IMG/VR virus record: IMGVR_UViG_3300023178_003128
Span: 1 to 62,152 of that record
Length of the DNA: 62,152 nt
Source: a virus
Taxonomy: Duplodnaviria > Caudoviricetes
Reading direction: 5' to 3' (one strand)
The notes below the pieces were generated by a model that did not search any database, was not told the origin of the DNA, and saw only the letters and a program-made list of their open reading frames with translations. This document shows, piece by piece, positions 8,587 to 17,167 of this stretch. Position 1 is the stretch's first letter; each line of letters starts with the position of its first letter. A program made the position numbers and the translations under genes.

Positions 8587-9683
8587 TGAAAAAGTTTCTA
8601 GCACTCTTATTGTTAATACCCCTATTAGCTGAGAGTGCTATAGGAACTATCACAGACCACAAACACGACCCTCTATCAATCAAAAGACAAGATAAGACAC
8701 TAGAAGGTATTATGGGTACCGGTGTCGAAATGCAAGATACATTACGCACAGGCCAAGGCACGGCTGAAATTACATTTGAAGACCAAACACAAGTTCAAAT
8801 GACACAATCAGCCAAACTTATCATTGATGAGTTTGTCTATGACCCAGCAAATAGTGATGCAAGTAAATTGGCATTAAAGATTGCATCTGGAACGGCTAGA
8901 TACGCTTCTGGACAAATAGCAAAGAATAATCCACAGAAAGTTAAAATTAAAACGCCTAGCGCAACGGTATCGGTCCGTGGTACTGATTTTACTGCAACTG
9001 TTGATGAGATAGGTGCAACAACAGTTATTCTATTACCAAGTTGCCCAGCAGGTTGGCTTGATATGGAAAGAGATTGTATTACAGGTGCAATTGAAGTTGA
9101 ATCCTTAGGTGGTGTTGTTTTTATGGATAAACCATTTGAAGCAACTCGTGTGCCTAACCTAGAAGCAAAACCAACCCCACCAGTTATTGTTGATTTAACA
9201 GAGGAGATGATTCGACAAATTATTATTGTTGGACCACCTAAAGAAATTAAAGAACAAGATGTTGCAGAAGCCTCAAATAATATATTAGATCAAAGTGAAT
9301 TAGATAAAGACTTACTAGAAAATGAACTTGATAAAGAAGATGAAAAACTTTATGAAAACAAACTGGCACAAAATCTATTAGATAGAGATTTTCTTAAAAA
9401 CATTTTAGATATATTAGATTTACAATTAAAACTAGCACAAGAAAGAACATTATCAACACAAGAAAAGAATGAGATACTTCCTGATTATATACCTGACCAA
9501 GGTGTAACAGCAACAGTTGATACAATCAATGTTGAACTTTGTATTGATACGACCGGTAGTGATATTGCTTGTGTCAGAGTTCCCACACACCAAGAAGCTA
9601 CCATAAGACAAATACAAGGCGCTGTTGATATAACAAATAGGGTGAATAGTGAAGGCACGACCATAATTACAACTAAACAATGA
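8586..9683 (+). CDS. secreted FecR-domain protein
   Basis: Signal peptide; D.LRTG.G.AEITFED.T, IKTPSATVSVRGTDF FecR motifs. Confidence 0.85.
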   Translation: MKKFLALLLLIPLLAESAIGTITDHKHDPLSIKRQDKTLEGIMGTGVEMQDTLRTGQGTAEITFEDQTQVQMTQSAKLIIDEFVYDPANSDASKLALKIASGTARYASGQIAKNNPQKVKIKTPSATVSVRGTDFTATVDEIGATTVILLPSCPAGWLDMERDCITGAIEVESLGGVVFMDKPFEATRVPNLEAKPTPPVIVDLTEEMIRQIIIVGPPKEIKEQDVAEASNNILDQSELDKDLLENELDKEDEKLYENKLAQNLLDRDFLKNILDILDLQLKLAQERTLSTQEKNEILPDYIPDQGVTATVDTINVELCIDTTGSDIACVRVPTHQEATIRQIQGAVDITNRVNSEGTTIITTKQ

Positions 9684-9802
9684 AAACTATAATTCTTATT
9701 TGTGTATTTTTAATTGGTTGCACCACACCTGTGGAAGGCAAGTATCCTGTCAACGAATATTTGAGGCCAAATGGTTGGAACGACCATTTTTGGGTAGCAT
9801 GA
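9680..9802 (+). CDS. 40-aa lipoprotein (not in ORF track)
   Basis: MKTIILICVFLIGC-TTPVEGKYPVNEYLRPNGWNDHFWVA*; lipobox LIGC; ATGA overlaps with both neighbours. Confidence 0.65.
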   Translation: MKTIILICVFLIGCTTPVEGKYPVNEYLRPNGWNDHFWVA

Positions 9803-11298
9803 GATACTTAATCACAATACTGTTATTTGTCTGTTCTAATGCGTTTGCTTTAGACATCCTAATTTATCACAACAACTATGCTTACACTGATTCAAAGTCT
9901 GGACTTGAAGGGCAAGGATACACTGTGACAGGCACAACATCAACAACAACTGATTCAGCATCAACTCTGGCAAACTATGATGTAGTATTTGACCAACTAT
10001 ACAACAATAACTGTGGATCAACTTGTCGTGGTAACTATGACACTTATGTTAAAGACGGTGGCACTCTAGTTATCGTGGGCGAGAACTCAAACTTTTCTGG
10101 TAGAAACTCAAACATTGTGAGTTTGATTGAAAACAAGTTTGGAGGCACATTAGATTTAGGTTCTGATGTTTATGGTGGAGAATATTACACGGGTGGCACG
10201 AACAACACAACCAATACATCAATTAGTGGCGCTGATGATGGCGGACAATATATTGCTGGATCAAGTATTGCCACAACATCAGACGGCACTTGGGTAGCAA
10301 AGACCTCTGGTGGCGCCATAATTTGGATGATGTGGCGTGGCAGTAGTTTGCCAAGTGGCTACACGGGTTCTGTTATAGTGACATTTGACATTAATCAGTT
10401 CCAAGCAAGTTATGATAGTGATGCTACCTGGGAATTCTTTGATGATGTTGTTTATTATGGTATCAATGGTGAAATGCAATCAAGTTCACCAACAACATCT
10501 ACCACAACAGGAACAAGTGGTGGTATAACATCAGCACAGTCAACATCTAAGAGCCAAGCAAGAACAAGAAGCGATAGTTACACAAATGGTAATACTGTTT
10601 ATATTGACCAGATTGGTAATAATAATACCGTAACAATCGAACAAGATGGCACAGCAACAAATACTATCAAAGGAATATATCTAAATGGTAATGATGCTGG
10701 TGTAATAAATGGAAGTTCAAATACAATTGAAATGAGACAAGGTGCTGACACAAGCACATCATCAAACTTAATTGAGTTTTCTATTATTGGTAGCACAAAC
10801 GATGTATTGTTATACCAAGATAGATTGAATACAGGATATGAAGACACACAAGCTGGTGGTGGCCATACAATACAATTAGATTTAGATGGTGATTTAAATG
10901 ACATTGATATTATTCAAAGAAATAACTATGATACCAATGGTGGTCATTTTGTAAATTTAGAAGTAACAGGTGATAGTAATGTTTTAGATTTAAAACAAAT
11001 TTCTGACTATGGTAAAAATATATTTGGTAAAGTAACAGGTGATTCAAATAATGTTACTGTTTATCAACACGATGATTCAAACAAATACCTAGATTTCAAT
11101 TTAACTGGTGATGGTCATACAATTGATGTTGAACAAACCGGTACAGGTGCTCATAATGCTGAGATTGATTTAACATATGGTTCAGCTTCATCAACAGTTA
11201 ATTTACTTCAACAAGGTTCAACCAACCAAAGTTACTCAATAGAACAAACTTGTTATACAACAGGTGGATGTTCAACCACCGTAACTCAAGGCCAATAA
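9799..11298 (+). CDS. secreted protein: N-terminal alpha/beta domain, Ser/Thr linker, C-terminal curlin-like repeats
   Basis: Likely start ATG 9799 (MRYLITILL..AFA signal peptide); C-terminal half has NTVYIDQIGNNN-type repeats ending in C-x5-C. Confidence 0.75.
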   Translation: MRYLITILLFVCSNAFALDILIYHNNYAYTDSKSGLEGQGYTVTGTTSTTTDSASTLANYDVVFDQLYNNNCGSTCRGNYDTYVKDGGTLVIVGENSNFSGRNSNIVSLIENKFGGTLDLGSDVYGGEYYTGGTNNTTNTSISGADDGGQYIAGSSIATTSDGTWVAKTSGGAIIWMMWRGSSLPSGYTGSVIVTFDINQFQASYDSDATWEFFDDVVYYGINGEMQSSSPTTSTTTGTSGGITSAQSTSKSQARTRSDSYTNGNTVYIDQIGNNNTVTIEQDGTATNTIKGIYLNGNDAGVINGSSNTIEMRQGADTSTSSNLIEFSIIGSTNDVLLYQDRLNTGYEDTQAGGGHTIQLDLDGDLNDIDIIQRNNYDTNGGHFVNLEVTGDSNVLDLKQISDYGKNIFGKVTGDSNNVTVYQHDDSNKYLDFNLTGDGHTIDVEQTGTGAHNAEIDLTYGSASSTVNLLQQGSTNQSYSIEQTCYTTGGCSTTVTQGQ

Positions 11299-11308
11299 AT
11301 AAGAAACT

Positions 11309-13309
11309 ATGAATAAATTATTATCGCCTTGGTGGGCACTTTTATTACTTTTTATATTAATCCCGATTCGAGTAAATGATTATGCTTTTGTTGAATCATT
11401 ACGATTAAGATATTTTGATACACTGATAACATCAGTACCAGAAACAACAAACAATATACATCTGGTTAATATTGACGAATCAGCACTTGAAAAACATGGA
11501 CAGTTTCCATTTAATCGTGGTGTTTATGCTGACATCATTGAAGATTTATATAAAAGAAAAGCCGGTCTAGTTATATTTAATATAATGATGCCTGAGAAAG
11601 ATAGGTCAGGTGAAGATTTTAAATTAATAGAAACATTAAAAAATTATCCTATCATATTACCTAATGCTGGTTCAGATGTAACAAAAAATGAACCAAAAAA
11701 TCCAGGTGCAGTTTCAATTGGTATTAGTAGAGACAAAACAGTTGAATATCCTGGTATCATAGCCAACATAAAAGAATTAGAACAACTTGCTTCTGGTGTT
11801 GGCATTGTAAATACATTTCCTGAGATTGATGGTGTGACACGAAGAATGCCATTAGTCATTTCAAGTAATAATATTCTTTATCCTAGTTTATCACTTGAGA
11901 CTTTGAGAGTTATTGCTGGTGACCCAAGTTTTCAAATTAAATTTAATGAACTTGGTGTTCAAGCATTAAGAATACCACAGTTTGGTAAAATACAGACGGA
12001 TACCATTGGTCGTATATGGATTGATTGGCAACAAAAAGGTGTCGAACATAGTCTAACTAAACTTCCAGATTCTTTTGATGATGGTGTTGTAATCGTAGGT
12101 GTGACAGCGAAAGGATTATCAAATCCAATTTCTACAAGCATAGGCGAAGTATGGCCACATTATGCACAAGCTTCAGTTGTAGGAACTTTGTTCAATAATG
12201 TTAATATATCAAGGCCTGATTGGGCTGACGGTGCTGAATTACTCAGCATTGTTGTTTTATCAATCATACTACTTTTAATATCGAGGTGGAAATATGGAAT
12301 TATTCCTAACATTGGTATTATTTACGGTTTGTATTATACTTCGATGTATGTTTTCCAAAGAGAAAATATATTATTGGACGCTTCTTTTCCTATTGTCAGT
12401 GTGGTTATTGTTTATAGTATTGGTTATACGCTTAAATTTCTATCTGAATTAAGACAAAAACTACAAATTAAAAAACAATTTGGAACTTATCTATCACCAG
12501 CTCTTGTAGAAAAACTACAAAAGAATCCTGAGTTACTTAAACTCGGTGGTGAGACACGAGAATTATCAATTATGTTTTCAGATGTTCGTGGTTTCACAAC
12601 CATATCTGAACACTATGGAAAAGATGTTCAAGGTTTAACTCAAATTATGAACCGTTATATGACCGCTATGACACAAAAAATACTTGATAACAACGGAACA
12701 CTTGACAAGTATATTGGTGATGCTCAGATGGCATTTTGGAATGCCCCACTTGATGACAGAGACCATGCTAAAAATGCTGTTAAGACAGCTCTTCAAATGT
12801 TGGAAGACTTAAGGAGTTTTAACCATGAAATCTCAAAAGAAGGTATCCCGCCGTTCGGTATGGGATTGGGTATTAATTCTGGCGATGTGGTTGTGGGTAA
12901 TATGGGCAGTTCTCAGCGCTTTGACTATACTTGTTTGGGCGATAGCTGTAATCTCGCATCAAGGTTAGAGGGTCAAAGTAAAAATTATGGTGTTGAATTA
13001 ATCATTGGTAAAAGAACCGCAGATTTAATACAAGATGAATATGATGTTGTTGAATTAGATACAATTGCTGTAAAAGGTAAAACACTAGGTGTCAAAATAT
13101 ATACAGTGACACCTATGCCAGATAAAACAGAACATAAAAAGTTCTTAAGAGCATATTATGCTGGTGAATGGAAAACGGCTTTACTAATGACAGGTAAATT
13201 AAGAATACAAAATTCTCAACTAATTAAATATTATGATTTAATGGCAGAAAGATTAAAACAAGGTGTTCCTGCTAAATGGGATGGAGTATATCACGCTACT
13301 TCGAAGTAG
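11309..13309 (+). CDS. CHASE2-domain class III adenylate cyclase
   Basis: N-terminal TM, CHASE2 (LVNIDE.AL...GQFPF.R, DGVTRRMPL), three TMs, FSDVRGFT, DKYIGDA, GNMGS..RFDYT.LGD..NLASRLE; Lys/Asp specificity residues favour ATP. Confidence 0.92.
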   Translation: MNKLLSPWWALLLLFILIPIRVNDYAFVESLRLRYFDTLITSVPETTNNIHLVNIDESALEKHGQFPFNRGVYADIIEDLYKRKAGLVIFNIMMPEKDRSGEDFKLIETLKNYPIILPNAGSDVTKNEPKNPGAVSIGISRDKTVEYPGIIANIKELEQLASGVGIVNTFPEIDGVTRRMPLVISSNNILYPSLSLETLRVIAGDPSFQIKFNELGVQALRIPQFGKIQTDTIGRIWIDWQQKGVEHSLTKLPDSFDDGVVIVGVTAKGLSNPISTSIGEVWPHYAQASVVGTLFNNVNISRPDWADGAELLSIVVLSIILLLISRWKYGIIPNIGIIYGLYYTSMYVFQRENILLDASFPIVSVVIVYSIGYTLKFLSELRQKLQIKKQFGTYLSPALVEKLQKNPELLKLGGETRELSIMFSDVRGFTTISEHYGKDVQGLTQIMNRYMTAMTQKILDNNGTLDKYIGDAQMAFWNAPLDDRDHAKNAVKTALQMLEDLRSFNHEISKEGIPPFGMGLGINSGDVVVGNMGSSQRFDYTCLGDSCNLASRLEGQSKNYGVELIIGKRTADLIQDEYDVVELDTIAVKGKTLGVKIYTVTPMPDKTEHKKFLRAYYAGEWKTALLMTGKLRIQNSQLIKYYDLMAERLKQGVPAKWDGVYHATSK

Positions 13310-13565
13310 AATCTTTTCCTTTTTTTCTTTCTTCTTCTTCTCGTAATTGTAGGATTGTATTGAGTTTTTGATTAAGGCGAATAAGGTCATTATCTAACAT
13401 ACGAACTCTATCAATTAAATCAATTAATATCTTTTGTGCATCACCGATAACTGGTGCAACTTCCTCAGTTACCCATTTCCAAATAAAGTAAATGAAGTAA
13501 CCAAGGCCGAAGACTGCTATGATTGGAAAACCATAGTTTTGTATTAATTCTGCTATATTATCCAA
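13296..13565 (-). CDS. small TM + coiled-coil protein (YvrJ-like GFPI motif)
   Basis: LIQNYGFPII..LGYFIY; paralogue of 14320-14598. Confidence 0.7.
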   Translation of the reverse strand: MDNIAELIQNYGFPIIAVFGLGYFIYFIWKWVTEEVAPVIGDAQKILIDLIDRVRMLDNDLIRLNQKLNTILQLREEEERKKGKDSTSK

Positions 13566-13666
13566 TTCAATAAAAATCCTATAATCAATCCAAGAGCGAA
13601 TGATATAAACATATCTTTATCATACCATAAAGGTGTTTTGGGTAATCTTTTTATTTGTTTTTTCAT
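13553..13666 (-). CDS. 37-aa membrane peptide (not in ORF track)
   Basis: MKKQIKRLPKTPLWYDKDMFISFALGLIIGFLLNWII*; ATGA overlap with upstream gene. Confidence 0.45.
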   Translation of the reverse strand: MKKQIKRLPKTPLWYDKDMFISFALGLIIGFLLNWII

Positions 13667-13959
13667 TGTAATTCTACTTGTTCAAATTTATCATATGGTA
13701 ATTCTGAAAAATCTCCATTATGCCAATCAATATGTATCATATTAGGATATTCTTTCATAAAATACCAACAGCCAGGAATATATAGTCCGTCTATTCTTTG
13801 TGCTGATGCTTTCATATATCCTTTTGGTTTATCTTCACATTCTGTTTCTTGTGATAGTACCACTCTTAAACCATCATATATGTACATTACTAGCAATGGT
13901 TCTAAAGCATTAACTGTAAGAGTCCAAAATAATAATATTAGTAAAGTTATCTTTTTCAT
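13663..13959 (-). CDS. small secreted protein with C...GCW
   Basis: Signal peptide; two Cys; resembles neighbouring ORF. Confidence 0.65.
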   Translation of the reverse strand: MKKITLLILLFWTLTVNALEPLLVMYIYDGLRVVLSQETECEDKPKGYMKASAQRIDGLYIPGCWYFMKEYPNMIHIDWHNGDFSELPYDKFEQVELQ

Positions 13960-14315
13960 AATGTATAATCCTGATTATTTTCTTTTTCAGGTTTAAAAAT
14001 ATCCAATGGCCATTCTACTCTTAAACCATCACCATCAATAAAGTTTACCATAGGAAAAACTTTGTAACCTGGTATTTTAGGGGCATCAGCAACACTAGGA
14101 ACATCATAACAACCCTCATAAACAATATTTGCTTCATTTGTGGTTGCATAACCTCTGTATGGATATTCTTTACTATATTTTGATAATTGGCAAGATTCGT
14201 GGGTGAGAACAATATAACCTCCAGCATCATTGGCGGCGTAAACCTCAAGGGTTACTGGATCGGCTGCAGAATCTAGCGCTAACAATAGCGCCACTAAAAA
14301 CATTTGTATTTTCAT
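13956..14315 (-). CDS. small secreted protein with C...GCY
   Basis: Likely start MKIQMFLVALLLA at 14315; IVLT.ESC...EGCY. Confidence 0.65.
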   Translation of the reverse strand: MKIQMFLVALLLALDSAADPVTLEVYAANDAGGYIVLTHESCQLSKYSKEYPYRGYATTNEANIVYEGCYDVPSVADAPKIPGYKVFPMVNFIDGDGLRVEWPLDIFKPEKENNQDYTL

Positions 14316-14319
14316 GGGA

Positions 14320-14598
14320 TTAATCCTTCCGAGCGTCATTCTTTCCGTCAGCTCGAGCAATGCGATTGATATCTGGTTTAACACCTAGAGCGGACGACAT
14401 AAGAGTGTCTATGCGAATAACATCGTGATTCATAGTTTTTACACGATTGTCTAATGCTATAATAATGCCACTCAGACGCTTGACAGAATCAGTCACATCT
14501 GATAGAATAAATTTCAATGTTAAAAAAACAAAATAACCGGCAGCCATTGCAGCTGCAATTGGAAATCCTACATCGGTTACTAAACTTAAAAAGTCCAT
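14320..14598 (-). CDS. small TM + coiled-coil protein (YvrJ-like GFPI motif)
   Basis: LVTDVGFPIAAA..AGYFVF; GAGG RBS. Confidence 0.7.
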   Translation of the reverse strand: MDFLSLVTDVGFPIAAAMAAGYFVFLTLKFILSDVTDSVKRLSGIIIALDNRVKTMNHDVIRIDTLMSSALGVKPDINRIARADGKNDARKD

Positions 14599-14614
14599 GT
14601 TTGCCTCATTATGC

Positions 14615-14643
14615 TTGACTTTATGTCCTATTTATGTTAATAT
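14615..14643 (+). promoter_or_regulatory. sigma70-type promoter
   Basis: TTGACT-17nt-TAATAT with TGn. Confidence 0.6.
14629..14636 (-). promoter_or_regulatory. late promoter for the minus-strand operon
   Basis: CATAAATA on the minus strand ~30 nt upstream of ATG 14598. Confidence 0.55.
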
Positions 14644-14685
14644 GCCTAAATAATAGGTATATTACAATTATGAAACATTTAAATT

Positions 14686-15165
14686 ATGGCTACTAAAAAA
14701 CGCAGAAAACCAATGTCACCCGAACAACGAGAGGCTGCCGTTGAAAGATTAGCGGCTGCTCGTGAAAAACGACTTAAAGAAAATCCACCTGAATATAAAA
14801 ACATAGCTGATAAAGTTCAGAACTTACCAGAAGACCATCCTTTATCAATGAAAAATGTTAAAGAATGGATTAAAGTCACACAAGATAAACTTGGTGCTTT
14901 AAAGGTTGCAGTTCGTCAGAATGTTAAAGGTGCGGCTGCTGAAACAGCATCACTTGAAGGATATATTCGTAACATGAAAATGTATTTGGAGAGTGGCGAT
15001 TGGATTGATGATTTCTATGGCGAAAACATGGAAATGAAAATGGGTAGAAGATGTATTGCTATGGCCTATGATAAAGAAGGCAATCCAAAAAGAAGCATTG
15101 GTGTATTTTATGATGATATTGGATTGGAATGGACACAAGAACTTGACATTCAATCACGCACATAA
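14686..15165 (+). CDS. hypothetical protein of T4-like phage type
   Basis: Basic N-terminus (RKPMSPEQR..A.ERL..AR) and GYIRNM..YL.SGDW pattern. Confidence 0.65.
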   Translation: MATKKRRKPMSPEQREAAVERLAAAREKRLKENPPEYKNIADKVQNLPEDHPLSMKNVKEWIKVTQDKLGALKVAVRQNVKGAAAETASLEGYIRNMKMYLESGDWIDDFYGENMEMKMGRRCIAMAYDKEGNPKRSIGVFYDDIGLEWTQELDIQSRT

Positions 15166-15207
15166 ATATTTGCCTCAATATAATTTTAAATTTGATATAA
15201 TAATACT

Positions 15208-16056
15208 ATGATAATTTTTGACTACAATCAGGTTGCAATCTCCAATCTGATGGAACATATTGGTTCTTCAAAAGGACCTGTCGATGAATCTATGGTTCGC
15301 CATATGATTCTTAATACAATCCGAACATATGTAAAAAAATACAAAGCGTCTCATGGTCCAGAAGTTGTTATCGCTTGTGATAATAAAAACTTTTGGCGTA
15401 GAGATTTGTTTCCTAACTACAAAGCGGGCCGTAAGAAAGCACGAGAAGCTTCAGGCCATGATTGGAATTCTATTTTTGATTGTTTGCATTTAATTAAAGA
15501 CGAAATCAAAAATAATTCACCATATAAAGTTGTAGAAGTTGAAACATGTGAAGCTGATGATGTTATTGCTGTATTAGCTATGAAATATTCAGCAACACAA
15601 AGAGTTATGATACTTTCATCTGATAAAGATTTTGCTCAATTACAGAAGTTTAAAAATGTAGAGCAATACTCACCTATTATGAAAAAAGCTTTGATTGAAC
15701 CATTACCAACGGTTCAACTCAAACAATTGATTATTCGTGGTGATAAATCAGATGGTATCCCAAATATTTTATCCAATGATGATGTTTTTGTTGAAGGTAT
15801 TCGCCAACGACCAATCACAGAAGCTAAAATTATTAAATGGTTAAATCAGGATCCAAAAGACTTCTGTACCGATGAAATGTATAGAAACTTTACAAGAAAT
15901 GAGATGTTAATTGATTTAACTAAAATACCCGAAGGATTAAAAGAACAAATCCTCGATGAATACGATAACGCTAAACCTAGTAATAGACAACAGTTTATGA
16001 ACTACATGATAGCTAATCGCTTGAAAAACTTACTGGAGGTCATTGACGAGTTCTAA
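15208..16056 (+). CDS. rnh: T4-like RNase H (5'-3' exonuclease)
   Basis: VIACD..NFWRR..FPNYKA.RKK, EADDVIA, ILSSDKDF.QL, GDKSDGIPN. Confidence 0.92.
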   Translation: MIIFDYNQVAISNLMEHIGSSKGPVDESMVRHMILNTIRTYVKKYKASHGPEVVIACDNKNFWRRDLFPNYKAGRKKAREASGHDWNSIFDCLHLIKDEIKNNSPYKVVEVETCEADDVIAVLAMKYSATQRVMILSSDKDFAQLQKFKNVEQYSPIMKKALIEPLPTVQLKQLIIRGDKSDGIPNILSNDDVFVEGIRQRPITEAKIIKWLNQDPKDFCTDEMYRNFTRNEMLIDLTKIPEGLKEQILDEYDNAKPSNRQQFMNYMIANRLKNLLEVIDEF

Positions 16057-16058
16057 TT

Positions 16059-16466
16059 ATGTTACTATTTTCCGAAATATTTGAACAGATTGAAATAGCT
16101 GTTGATAAAAAAAGCCGTATTGAAATTTTACAAAAAAACGATTCTTTATCATTAAGAGAATTTTTTCGTTTATTGTATGATGATAATATTGAATTTGATG
16201 TAGAGATTCCTAAGTATAGACCAGCGATTGAACCAGCTGGACTTAACTTTACCTATCTTCATTCAGAAGTAAAGAAACTTTATCGTTTTATTAAAAATGA
16301 ACCTAGAGCAGTTATGCTAACACCAAAAAAGAAATCAGAAATATTGGTTGTTATTTTGGAATCATTGCATAAAGATGAAGCTAAACTACTGGTTGGATTA
16401 ATCAACAAAGATATAGGTGTAAGACACTTAAATGAAGCTTTAGTAAAAGAAGCTTATAGTTTATGA
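16059..16466 (+). CDS. hypothetical protein of T4-like phage type
   Basis: L..EVKKLYRF...ILESLH.DEA.LL pattern, downstream of rnh. Confidence 0.65.
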   Translation: MLLFSEIFEQIEIAVDKKSRIEILQKNDSLSLREFFRLLYDDNIEFDVEIPKYRPAIEPAGLNFTYLHSEVKKLYRFIKNEPRAVMLTPKKKSEILVVILESLHKDEAKLLVGLINKDIGVRHLNEALVKEAYSL

Positions 16467-17167
16467 AAGTAGCGGTTGTTACACCGACCATTGGTTCTGA
16501 ACATTTGGAACAATGTGTTGAATCTGTAAGAAAACAAACCTACGAAAATCATATTCATTATGTTGTAAAAGATGGAATGAATGTTAAAGTTCCGTCATAC
16601 CTGAACCTTTTGCCTGATGTAAAGTTTATTACACTAGATGAAAATGTTGGTAAAGGTTGGTATGGTCATCGTGTTTATGCAGCTTGTTCTTTTTTAGTTA
16701 ATGCTGATGTTATTTGTTACTTGGATGAAGACAACTGGCTTGAACCAAACCATATTGAGGAAGTTGTAAAAACTTTAGAACAAGGTAATGATTGGTGCTA
16801 TTCGTTAAGAAATATTGTTGATAAAAATGGAGAATTTATTTGTGAAGACAACTGTGAATCTTTGGGTCATTGGCCAGTTTATTTTAATCCAGAAGTTCAT
16901 CATATTGACACATCATGTTTTGCCGTTCGCCGTGATATTGCTGTTAGAATTGGTCACGCTTGGTATGGACAATGGGGTGCAGATAGACAATTCTTTGCAA
17001 ACATAAAACATAACTTTGAAAAATGGACCTGCACAACAAAATATACAGTAAACTATCGTTTAGATGGAAATGAAGGCTCTGTAACAAAAGAATTTTTTGA
17101 TAAAGGCAATCAAGCCTCAAAGGAAAAATATAATAACAAATATCCTTGGACAGGAGAAAAACTTTGA
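16463..17167 (+). CDS. glycosyltransferase family 2
   Basis: VAVVTPT..., CVESVRKQTY, YLDEDN (DxD). Confidence 0.85.
   Translation: MKVAVVTPTIGSEHLEQCVESVRKQTYENHIHYVVKDGMNVKVPSYLNLLPDVKFITLDENVGKGWYGHRVYAACSFLVNADVICYLDEDNWLEPNHIEEVVKTLEQGNDWCYSLRNIVDKNGEFICEDNCESLGHWPVYFNPEVHHIDTSCFAVRRDIAVRIGHAWYGQWGADRQFFANIKHNFEKWTCTTKYTVNYRLDGNEGSVTKEFFDKGNQASKEKYNNKYPWTGEKL

Noticed and set aside
9700-9798. ORF-track N-terminal extension of the 532-aa protein
   Set aside because: The signal peptide starts at ATG 9799, and the region is better explained by the 40-aa lipoprotein in another frame.
6570-13309. Bacterial contamination or chimeric host island
   Set aside because: Composition matches the flanks, a phage late-promoter motif precedes it, and it is contiguous with T4-like genes.
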